This document shows positions 1-11,200 of a stretch of DNA of 64,000 nucleotides, in pieces. The translations under genes were made by a program, and so were the position numbers. This DNA is from Balanoglossus misakiensis (lineage: Eukaryota; Animalia; Hemichordata): positions 3,705,943 to 3,769,942 of the forward strand of contig CM082595.2 in the NCBI GenBank assembly GCA_040954595.2, in the 5' to 3' direction. Position 1 is the stretch's first letter; each line of letters starts with the position of its first letter. The notes beneath the pieces were generated by a model. That model was not told the DNA's origin, did not search any database, and saw nothing but the letters and a program-made list of their open reading frames with translations.

Positions 1-96
1 GGTCGGACCTGTCTTACTAATAATTAACATGTGATCAGCAGCCAACGTGCGTCACATGCGTCTGTCACAACGCCTCCTGCGTGCGTACATGCAAAC

Positions 97-2817
97 ATGA
101 TCAGATTATATGTCTTCCCTTTGGCGTTTCTTGCGGCCGTCGGATTCTCCGCGGCGTGCCGTGAGACCGAGCACGGGTTCGACTGCTCCGAGCTGGACGA
201 GTTCATCGCCGGGGTAATGGAGTGCAAGAAAATCCCCGGGATGTCGGTGGCTCTGGTCAAAGACCAGGACACCGTGCTGACCAAAGGTTACGGCCTCGCC
301 GACATCGACAAAGGCGTCCCGGTTGGCCAGGAGACCCTCTTCCCAATCGCGTCCATGAGCAAGGCGTTCACTGCCACGCTGTGGGCGAACCTTCTCCCGG
401 AGCTTACCGACGTTTCCACGACGACGCCGCTGAAGGATGTACTGGGGTCGTGGTTCGAGCTCCCGGACGATTTCCGCACCGAGCAGCTAACCATGGCAGA
501 CGCGTTCTGTCACAGAGCAGGGTTGAACGATTACAATCTTTTCTTGACCGGCTTCGGTATGGACATGGAGAGACACGAATACGTCAGGCAAGTACAACCC
601 CTCATCAAATAAAATGAAATCCTATTGGTTAGATGGTGGCGAACAGAAAATGATTGTCCAATCAGGAATCATATCCGATTCATTGATCCCAAACTCTGCT
701 AATTCCCTGAATCATATATCTATGTGGCACAATTATTCTGACGACAGTGGCACATTAACCTATATATCTAGTTATTCTGTATTTTTGAAACAGGAGGATA
801 CGGTACGGACAGGCACTAGTCCCAGATTGTCCAATCAGGAATCATATCCGATTCATTGATCCCAAACTCTGCTAATTCCCTGAATCATATATCTATGTGG
901 CACAATTATTCTGACGACAGTGGCACATTAACCTATATATCTAGTTATTCTGTATTTTTTGAAACAGGAGGATACGGTACGGACAGGCACTGGTCCCATT
1001 TCGTACAAACTTCGTGTACAGTAACCAGATGTTCACTCTGGCGGGATACGTAGCAGAATTCCTCAAAGCGACCACCTGGGAAACTCTGATGCAGGAGCGA
1101 ATCCTCGACGCCCTGGACATGACCTCGTCGACTTTCTGTGAACATATCATCGAGCGGGAGGAGGGAGTGGCTCAACCTTACGTCTACAACTTCAGTGGGG
1201 GTTATTACATTCCCCTCGACAAAGAAGTGCTCAGGTAACCCCCTTCTGAATAACTGCAGAACTGTCCCTTACGGCATTTACACGGTGTTCACATTCTAAC
1301 TATGTTGCCAAGGGCGGTTATATATCTCACCACCGGCCAATATGAAATGCGATGCCAAAATTGTACCAACAGCAAACGTCAGACGAACCAAACTCCTGAC
1401 CACCTTCTTCTATTTCCAGGGTTGCCGATTTGCCCTCGCCCGCGGGCGCTATCGTCTCCAACGCCGTAGACATGGCCAGGTGGTTGAAATTCCAGGTTGC
1501 TAGGGGAAAGAACGAGAAGGGCGAACAAGTGGTTGACACCGACCTGCTAGTCGCCACCTACCTCCCTAATAACGTCTTCCCAAGCGGTCCGCAAACCCTA
1601 CCCACATTCCCAGTGTCTGACTCCATGCCAACCTACGCCAGTGGATGGATCAATGAGATGTACAGAGGTGGGTTTGGGGCACTGTCCCTCCATGATGGAG
1701 GGAGGAGGTCTACATGAAATTGCAATCTTCGGATTCCTGTCCAGTGGACGATCAATGGTATCTTTCACCAACTGAAAGGGGAGTCTTTGCCCAAGCTAGT
1801 CTATATATGCGATGGGCCAATTTCTGAAGTCCACGAGACCCTGTGAGATACCCCCGTTATAATATTGCAAAAAATAAGTTTCTTCTTCATCTTTTGATAG
1901 GTTATCCAAAAGTTTACCATGATGGCAGCTTAGGCGGTTATAATTCAGGAATGTCTGTCTTCCACACCGGTAATATTGGCATCTTCACCGCCATCAACGG
2001 ACCGCACACGGCAGATGCCATCAATGGTATGTTTCGTATCCATAGCTACGCGGCGGACTTGCTGTTGGGTTTGGAGCCGTGGTTGAATGTGAGCACGGCG
2101 TGCAGTTATCCGGCTCCGTGGTATCCACCGGCGGTGTCTTCGGAGGAGGTTGGTGGTGAACAGCCGAGCGATGAGAGCAACACTGTCCTGAAGATGGCGG
2201 CTCGGAAATCGACGAAAGAAGGAATACTAGGTGCTGGGGATCGCTTGTCCTCCATCAAACGCTCGAACAAGGTGTCTCACTTTGAAGCCGGGCCGCGGGG
2301 AGGAATCCCAAACATCGCAAGAGACGAGACACCAAAGAGAAAGGGAGACCAAAACGTCGAGAGCCAACCACGCACGTCTCACGGCCAATCCGGCGACGAC
2401 GGAGGAAGCCGCGCGCACATCCACGGGGACACCGCATTCGAAGCCGAGAAACTCATCCACGCGACCCGGGAACGACGCGTCCGTTCATCGCTCCCTCTCT
2501 CGGACTACACCGGAATGTACGGCCACCTCTTCCTCGGCAACGTCACGGTATTCCTCGATGACCAGGACGGCCAGCTGCAATACGACTACGGTCTCTTCGG
2601 GCGCGGCGTTCTTCTCCCATACCTGGAGAACGTGTTCCTGTTCACCATCAACACCGAGATGTGGTACATCTACCCGCCCACCGGAATGTTCATGGAGTTC
2701 TTCTCGTCCAATGAGAACGAACCAGGCGACATCGACAGAGTTATTTTCCCAACATCCTATGGGGCGTTGTTCGAACGTGACTTGAAACTTTCAGACGGCA
2801 AACCAACTGATAAATAG
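97..2817 (+). CDS. Secreted beta-lactamase-family (class C/PBP-like) serine hydrolase with a C-terminal DUF3471-like domain; 4 exons
   Basis: Exons 97-587, 968-1234, 1420-1667 and 1901-2817 join in frame. Signal peptide MIRLYVFPLAFLAAVGFSAA. Motifs IPGMSVALV, SxxK (IASMSK), YxN (FVYSNQ), PAGAIVSN and HxG (YHDG). C-terminal LPLSDYTGMYGH. Intron 1 has a GC donor (AG|GCAAGT). Confidence 0.88.
652..998 (+). repeat. Direct tandem duplication (173 bp + 174 bp) covering the intron 1 3' end and the first 31 nt of exon 2
   Basis: 652-824 and 825-998 are near-identical (one extra T, one A/G difference). Both contain tttttgaaacag|GAGGATACGGTACGGACAGGCACT. Confidence 0.95.
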
Positions 2818-3461
2818 ACAAGATGTATTGCCGACACATCATTGATTTCTGGCGGTAATATTTCCTCAGCCCTTTCTGTCATGTGCATAACAGATTTTAT
2901 GTAGTTGGACAAAATGTACAATTCTTTCAAAGATATTTCACCCAATTTCTTCTTAATTACACCCAAGAATATAAATATTATAATTATATATTATACGTAC
3001 AAATAACCTAAAATAAGTATTACATAATGAGCAAGATTCTTGATTATATATCTTGAGGGTTAAACACTTGGAACAATCAAATGAGTTCGCCTCTCTAGAT
3101 AAAGTTGTACATATACCAAATGTGGTATTAATTTTCATGCCCATATACCATATACATGTACAAGGTGTGCGTCGAGTTGTAACAACTGGTTGGTGGGCAT
3201 ATAATGTCCGTGAACAGAGCAACATAAATAATCGTTCAAACTAAATATGACCAAAATAGTGAGCTATTTTGTCCAGTAACATATGTGCGTTGAGTTTGGT
3301 TCATAAACCCGTCAACATGGTATGGTAAAGTGTGAGTAGAAGACTTGGCTGGTTCTGCTACAAGCGGCCATGCATGACATATTTTCTGGTACTTCTTTTT
3401 TGAACGCTCCTGCTTACAGCGTCGTTGCTGTGTTTGGTCCGCGCCAGACTCGGCCAATCGC

Positions 3462-6400
3462 TCACGACGCCGGCTGATCCGTCGCCGGACGAATCTCGTA
3501 GATGACGAACAAGGCGGAGAAGAAAGCGGCCGCGAAGCCAGCACCGGAGGCGATGAAGACCGTCGTCAGGTGAGTACCGGCCGCGCTGGCAATGGGTCCC
3601 ATCACGGCAGACAAGAGAATCTGCGCCAGGAAGAGTTGGCATTGCAAACACGCCGTGTCAGTTGCCAACCCACGTTGAACGCTGCCCCGGTTGACGTACT
3701 GAAATTCGAAGTAAAGGCCGGTCACTTTTACCAAATGTTCTCCTTTCCCGCTTAATGGACAGCTTGTCTCGGCTATCGTGTCATTTTTAACTTCCAGTGA
3801 TCCATACTTTGAGTCAACGGCACAGTTTAACATAACTGCCAGTATGAATGTCCATGTGAAATGGTCACAGTTTCACTTACTATCGTCTGCTCTATTTTCC
3901 AACGATAAAACTCTTTTGCACCTCTCGAAATCAAATAATTAGTGAAACAGTACAATAAAGTCACAGATCTTTCCAAACCCCAAATAAAAAGGAAATACTT
4001 ACGTCTTCACTCTCGTGAAATCTCGCCAAAATTATGAACGGCAGCGTCGCTATCGTGCAGTACATGACGCCGTACGTTGAACACAAAACCAGCGTGGCAA
4101 CAACGCTGTCCTTGAAGATCGCCTGCAAACCTGCACCAACTGCAAACAGCAACTCTCCCCCAACATACAGTGTACGAAGGTCCAGCTTCAAAATGAGCCT
4201 GTCCAGTATCACTGTAAAAGGAAATAGGTAAAATATTAGCCTTTCCAAAAAGTACTAGACGAGTTATGCAAACGAAATGTTATACAGTCCAATCAGTGCC
4301 ATTGGCCAACTCTATATAATGGAAACTTGTCTCGTGACCACATTGTCCCTGTGTAACTTACGTGTGCATTAATTGACCTGTCTATAAAGGCCACCTATCT
4401 ATAAAGGCCAGATTAGTAATGTCCCGTGACTGGCTGCTATAGACAGGTTTGACTTTATTTTGAACCTTTGTTCCAAATTGGCCTGACTGGACACCGATAC
4501 GACAAAATGCTTTCGCTTCCGAGTGCGGTTTACTTACATGAATAAATGGCGGCCGAAAAGGCAAATATACACATTCCCCAGCAACCAATCTTCACGCCTT
4601 CGTCGTAGAGTTTGTGCGCCGGTGAATCTTCGGGTTGAGATGGATCGCCTGGAAAGATGATGAAAAGGTTAAGACGTGCACCATCTGTTTCCATCTGGTT
4701 CAAATGTCACAACATTTAGATGAGCTCATTCTGAATTTGTGAACTTCTACAACTAACAAAGAACCAGGGACAGATTGTCACTGATTCCAAACGTGAAAAA
4801 TCCCGGCATTAAAACAAGAATGACATGCAAGTTAACACAACTTTCATCCTACCTTTGTAAACGACTTGACCCATGTAGTCAGTGAAGAACAGCAGAACTG
4901 TCAAATACGCCAGCTCTCCCAGAAAATGATTGATACAAAGGAATACAAGTTCCCTTGGCATTTTCACTATGGACTTCAACAAAGTCGTTGCAGAACTGTT
5001 CGTGAAGGACTCCGTGTTGTTGTTGGTACCAGATGGTGCTGATATCAAGGAGACGTCGTCAAATTCATTGCCGCCATGTTTGGTGCTGCGTTCGGCTTGA
5101 TTAATACTGACATAACTTGTCGGGTCGTGTTTTCCCGACTCCCCGTTGGACAGTGGCGGTCTTTCCTCGTTCTTGTCACTGTCCAGCGATTTCACTTTCG
5201 CCAGCGGGGTTTCCTTCACACTGAAAAGTGTCAAGGTGAAAGTCACCAGGCAGACCGCCATATTGATGACGTAGATGACCCGGACTTGGGAGTTCCCGAA
5301 AGCAGGTCCAAGTGGCGTTTTTGTCCAATCAATGCCGCCGACGACGTAGCCAATACCACCACCAAGCCCTAATATAAAGAATCGCGATGTAAATTGGATC
5401 AATATGATAATCGAAGGGTGGGTGTCGTCAGTCAGGGGGTGTATGACGTTCAAAAGATCAGCAACTCACCTGTTAACAGAGCTCTGATATTCATCCCCCG
5501 CTCAATATCATTGGTGTTGCAAACATCCACGATGTACGCCCGATGCGGGCAGTCTACACTATCAGCGCTGAAGTCCATGATCACAACGCCGACGATGGTG
5601 AAGACGATGCTCCACACTGTATACGAACCTGTGAAGATGCGCAATCAGAAGAAAGTGAATGTTAAAGTTGTCGGACAACAATCAGTATTATCATCAAACA
5701 CTACGTCATTGAGAATGAATTTATGCCATTTTGACTAGTACCATGTCACTCACTGTTATACGTGTTTTTATATCTTCGTGCACGAGTACTTTTACTTTTA
5801 CTGCACTTCATAGATTAATGAAACATGCTTACTTGAATTTTCCACCAATTTTCCCAAGTCCGCGCCATTGAGCACCAGGGTTAGACCAATCAGGATTCCG
5901 ATACACAGGGCCAATATGAATGGCCGACGCCTTCCCCAAAAGCATGAACACCGATCGCTGCACATACCAATCAGAGGTTGGAACAGGAACCCTATTATTG
6001 GACCGAGGAACCAGTTAAGGCTGTATAGTTGATCAGGGAGTCCGATTTTCAGTAATATCGGCGTTGCCAGCGCAGTCTCCGTGGCGAAGCAGTACTGTGT
6101 GCCGAAAACCATCGCGCTGAGGAGCATTAGCTGGATCACCGACCGTCGCGGGGGCTCGGGGATGTACAAGTCTTCGTAAGTGTCGGGGGTTGTGCTGACA
6201 GTGTCATCCGGGTATGTTTCGATGGGTGGTAGTAGTGGCGCCTGTGAGACGGATACCCTGCGGGAATCGTGTCGTCTGTTGTGGCGTCGGTACGCTCGCT
6301 GGATACCGAGCGGCGAGTCGTCGTCTTCGCCTTGGTAACTGGCGGCCGCCAAGGTGCTGGGTCTCCGGTACGGGCCTTTCATGGACATCGTGAAGGAGCT

Positions 6401-6508
6401 GGAGTAACTCCCGTAGGAGACGCTGTACTGGCCGCCGGGTGACATCGAGATTTCGCGGTGGCTCCCCGAAGGAATCGGCCGTGGTTGGACGGCTGTAGGC
6501 GTAGCCAT
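3462..6508 (-). CDS. SLC45-family proton-coupled sugar transporter (SLC45A1/A2/A4-like); 6 coding exons
   Basis: Exons 6508-5833, 5628-5470, 5368-4853, 4648-4538, 4211-4003 and 3698-3462, all GT-AG and in frame. Family motifs [64 protein letters not shown] and RGLATDTA. Probable 5' non-coding exon ending at 7190, spliced to 6541. Confidence 0.9.
4376..4448. mobile_element. Short MITE-like remnant in an SLC45 intron
   Basis: Inverted repeats acctgtctata (4376-4386) / tatagacaggt (4438-4448), with an internal direct repeat of tctataaaggcca. Confidence 0.5.
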
Positions 6509-7357
6509 GTTTCCAGTCTATGTGCGACCACTACGGGTGACCTGAACAAATAATTGCAAGAGTGATAAGATTCGATCGTTTTGATAAGATTGAGTATTAT
6601 AACTTCAATACACAACAGATAGCAGAAAGTACACACACCTAATTTGCCTATGTTTATAATTTGAGATCCACATATACAAGTATGGTTTGGCATTTTTTTT
6701 TTTTTCATGAAGAAGTTTAAGTTTTTCCATGGTTGGACCAGATGGTCGTATTTCACCAGTTTTGCACGTTTTTTGCACATGGTTTGTGACGTCATCACAG
6801 TATGTGATACAACCAGTGATCATGGTCTATTTGATTTTTGCATATCACTATCAGAGCGTTGCATAATTTACTTCCTGCGCCCATGTCTGCCTCCACACCA
6901 TTGGTCCGTACTTTGAAGTTTGACCTTGGTGTGGTGCAGTGACCGAATCACAGACGATACACGATTCTCGAACGTGTTCACCGGCTGCAAGTCTAACTTG
7001 ACTCCATTGGCAAAATATATCTCAAGCTTGGGCATACAAGTATAACGTAATCATATCGTTTAAGTCTGTAGAACGTTAATATGCAAATAGGTGCGTACCT
7101 TAGATCAGCAGATGTTTGCCCACGTGGTTCAGTGCCCTATTGCGTAATCGTTCGGTCAGCTCACATAACCAATTTCATCATATACTCACTACCAGCTGCC
7201 ATAACCATTGACCAAGAACACGAAGCCGTAAACTTTATACTTTAACAGAAGCTCTGACTGTCGTTGAGAACGCTGGGAAGTCAAAATAAGCGTAGCTTTC
7301 CCGCAAAACTCGGACAACAGTTTCGTATCGGTGCTGCTGCGGCCACTGGCGATTCTG

Positions 7358-7383
7358 AGTTCAAAGGTCAAAAGTCACGTGAC
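7358..7383. promoter_or_regulatory. Putative SLC45 promoter element: DR1 nuclear-receptor array abutting a CLEAR/E-box
   Basis: agttca-a-aggtca-a-aagtca overlaps a perfect palindrome GTCACGTGAC (7374-7383), about 190 bp upstream of the putative first donor at 7190. Confidence 0.5.
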
Positions 7384-8224
7384 GAAAGATAAATATCATA
7401 CGCGTTCGGATAGTCCATGTTGTTCGACGGCAGATTTCAATGTCTTTGTTTAATAAAACTTGGACACGACGGTTTTCTGTCAACTTTTATTCGAAATATT
7501 ATGAATCATTCACAACGAAGTGGATCTGAATTTCTCAAATCTACACATGTTTTTTTTTTAAATCGTTGATCTTCTTTTTAGAAAGCAAGTTACCAACCTT
7601 CGTTATCTATTTACATCGATGAAAATGATTTCAGACAAAATTTCATCGTGATGACGATGGGAAAGCTTAAAAGACATATATCTACTCTAACTACATGTAA
7701 AAATACTTGATAAGTAACAGGCAAGTATCGCTTTTTCTGGCACTGTTAAAATTTACATTTTGAACTCATCTGGTTTCTAATTGGCTGCAAGTGGTGAATC
7801 TTATTTGTATAAACACTGTTGGGAATGAAGCCTGAAAAAAACACAAGTATGACGAGAAACGTTTTAAAACATACAAATTCCAAATTCTCTGCAACTTGTG
7901 AAGTTTTTAAGTAATACGTTTAAATAATAAAACAGGTTTTAAAACACAAAGGCTGTAGGCCTATCCAATAAAATCTCGATGGAACTATAGGCAAAATCAC
8001 TGTCCAATCAAAGTTCCAGTTTTACTAAATCGCTGCCTTTTCTGTTAAAATGATTTTTAAATTGCGACGATTTATGCAAGCGCTTATCTGTCTTCTTGAA
8101 CGAGGTGAAAATGGCCAAGCAGGCTATTCCAAGTCCCCTCAAATGCTTGTGATCCGCCATATTGCTTGTTAGCATCGTTTGCGCATGTTCCGTGACCCCT
8201 TCGGCTGGCACTTGGACTCTCACT

Positions 8225-11200
8225 TTACAAAAGGTCATAATTTCGCAAATGTTCCCTTTGAATAATGTCCCGGCAGTCGTTAAATACTCTCTCAATGTTT
8301 TTTGTGTCGACGGCACACGTAAAATGTGGATAACAAAACTTCATTGATTTCAGCTTTTCATCATCTTGAGTTATTTTCTGTGAAGCAAAACAATTAAACA
8401 TATTTTAAATCATGAAAAACTGAGGCTTGTTAGTTATGTTATCACCAAAACTATGCGCATGGATTCACGTGTCTAGTAAATACATGGGCATATATGTACA
8501 TGTATGTATGTGTGTATGTCCACTCGCATTGTGTTTGTTCCCAAGAAGGAAATTTTGCTCACCACAAACCGATGAAGAATGTACGACTTTGCTTTCAAAA
8601 ATTCTCTGTCTTCTTCTGCTGAGGAAACCCCTATGAAAAGAACACAAGCACATTACTAGTATATCGTCAATCAGCCAAAGTAGAAAATGTATCGCTTTAT
8701 TAGTTTGATGAAAGTGTAAATGTCCCATTCATACCGCGAGGGGAGAATGAAGAGACTTACTTCTCGGATGATATGATTCTTGTCTCGGTTGGTTTGCTGG
8801 TATACAGAAACAGGTAGGCTCTCTTTCAAATGCGTCAGTCTTAATCATATCTGCAAGAAAATCATATGTTCATAAAGTCATAAAGTCTACGTAGTCCCAT
8901 CTGCATAAATCAATGAGTAACTCCCTGTCTCTCTCTCTCTCTTCCTCTCTGTCTCTCATCCTCTGTCTGTCTGTCTCTCTCCCTCTCTCTCTGTCTCTTT
9001 CTCTCATCCTCTGTCTCTGTCTCTCTTCCTCTCTCTCTGTCTCTTTCTCTCATCCTCTGTCTCTCTCTCTCTTTCCTCTCTCTCCCTCCCCCCTCTCTCT
9101 CTCCCTCTCTCAGCCAATGTGTCATTCGGTCAGCCCACTTGTCAGTGCACTATTCTTGCATGACACAGCGACGATCATCACACCGCCAAAAGACTTACTG
9201 CTTTCTTTCCGAAGAACAAAATCGCTGTACTCGGGAAACCACTTCTGAATCTTCGTTCGACCACTGAGTACTTTTTCGGCTAAAATGTCTGTTTTGTTGA
9301 GAAATAATATTGACGACACTCGCTTGAGATACCTAATAAACGAAAAAAAGCGTTCTATATCAGTTTTATTTATTACATGGACAGTCAACTTGGAAAGGAG
9401 CCTAGTCATACGTGTTAATCTTTACTGTAATATTAATAAATGCTGACCTATACATACCTATTTTTCCATATTCTTGTAAATAACTCAAAGGCTTCGACAA
9501 GTCTGTTCTGCGAGGGGTCTTCCCGCAGGACAAGATCGTAACCACTGCATGCTGCTACGAATATCAACGCTGTTGTGTCTGCAAGAAACCATGGCAACGG
9601 TACATTAGTAAACTGTGGAAACTTTGGCTTGGGAGGGGTGTCCGCCAGGTTAAAAGGGGTCCATACAATATGCAAAGATTTGAAAAGACAATCAGTTATT
9701 TTTCTGGCATTTGAGTACATGTATATAAGAATTGCCTATATCAAACGAACATGATCTCGCCCTCACCGTTAAAAAGTTGTATCCATTTCATCCGCTGGTC
9801 ACGCTGGCCCCCAACATCAAACATACTGAAAAGTAAAAAAAAAACCATCTGACATTGGATCTAAATTTCAAGGCTGGTCTAAAACGTCACTCTAGCAAAC
9901 TCGTTCTTGAAAACACTCTCACATGCAGCTTAACAAATCCATCTGAAAACGACTTAAAGGGAAGCGGAAATACCAAAAAGGAAAGCGGAAATACTCACTG
10001 GAAACTGACCCCCTTTACTTCAAATTTCGTCTCAAAAATTCCCGTCGTCATTGTTCGACACCGCAGAATATCCTGCATAGAGAAAAACACACTTAGGTTA
10101 AAAATGTTGGGGCTTCACACATAACAACATCTGAAACTCTTTCAAAATAATAAAATGCATATTCAACGATCATAGATCCTGAGTGCAGTGATCAACTGTT
10201 TTGTGGAAAAACAGGAAAAAATGGTTACATAGATTAGGGACTGTTTACTTTGTCTATGTCGTCTCGAGAGGGCAGACTCACCTGATCAGAAGGGAGATAC
10301 TCTTCTTGACTGACTTCGTCAACTTTATCAAGAAAACTGTTGAGGAGAAATGCCGAGAAACAGAAAATGAGATAAAGACTGTCGCCACGGCAGAACGAGA
10401 TCGGCGCTCGCGTGGATGAGAAACTAGATTTTCTTGTTTATAATTATATAAATGTAGGTCAGTCGATGCACTGATTGGCACAACTGGCAATTTAATAATT
10501 TATCACTGTCGTCGGCAGTACTGGAATTTCCTAGACTACACTCAGACAGACTACGCCCTGATGGCTGCCAGAATGTCAGAAAGGGATGTCTTTAACGCAA
10601 AAACGGGTTCAAGAGACCTTTTGGCTGAGCCGATACATGTAATTATGATCTAACAGAGGGCGTAGGGTCAAAGAATGCTGGCGTATATTCGTCCTACTTT
10701 CCGCTCCAGAGAGAAAACAACGGACAAAGGTGTCTGGCGCGGTTGCTGGGATAGGTATGTGCTGGCTTTTATTTCTCGATCAGAATACGTGCCGGGCGTT
10801 GCAAAACAAGGATACATATATACGCCCCCGTGCGCCAACCGAGAAAAACAAGTCAAATAATCGTGATCATACCCATTTATACCCCCCAAACAATCCACGC
10901 TAAAAATCATTTTAGGTGGCCACTTGTAACGTATAGCAGTACACAAAACAGTAGAAGGAAGGCAGCCAACAGAACCAAGAAATCCGCCATGTTGCGAGAA
11001 AGAAATACGGACCTCTGATAAAAAAGACCAAGAAGTCTTGTCAGGTGTTTCGAAAATAGCAACCGTGCCCCCTTAACACTTTCCATTTTCGTTCTGTTTT
11101 TAGTGACGGCGAAAATTTTAATATGTCCCCGGGCGACTGTGCGGGAGAAACCGCACACACTGGTGCGGGTTATCAAAACAATGCGCCGAAGTGGTCAGCT

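Noticed and set aside
651-661. tgattgtccaa, matching the 5' end of miR-219
   Set aside because: The match stops after about 11 nt and there is no precursor hairpin.
614-1053. ORFs 614-859 and 856-1053 with repeated peptides
   Set aside because: By-products of the intronic tandem duplication, with no protein motifs.
8910-9248. ER-rich and SL-rich ORFs
   Set aside because: Translations of the CT microsatellite.
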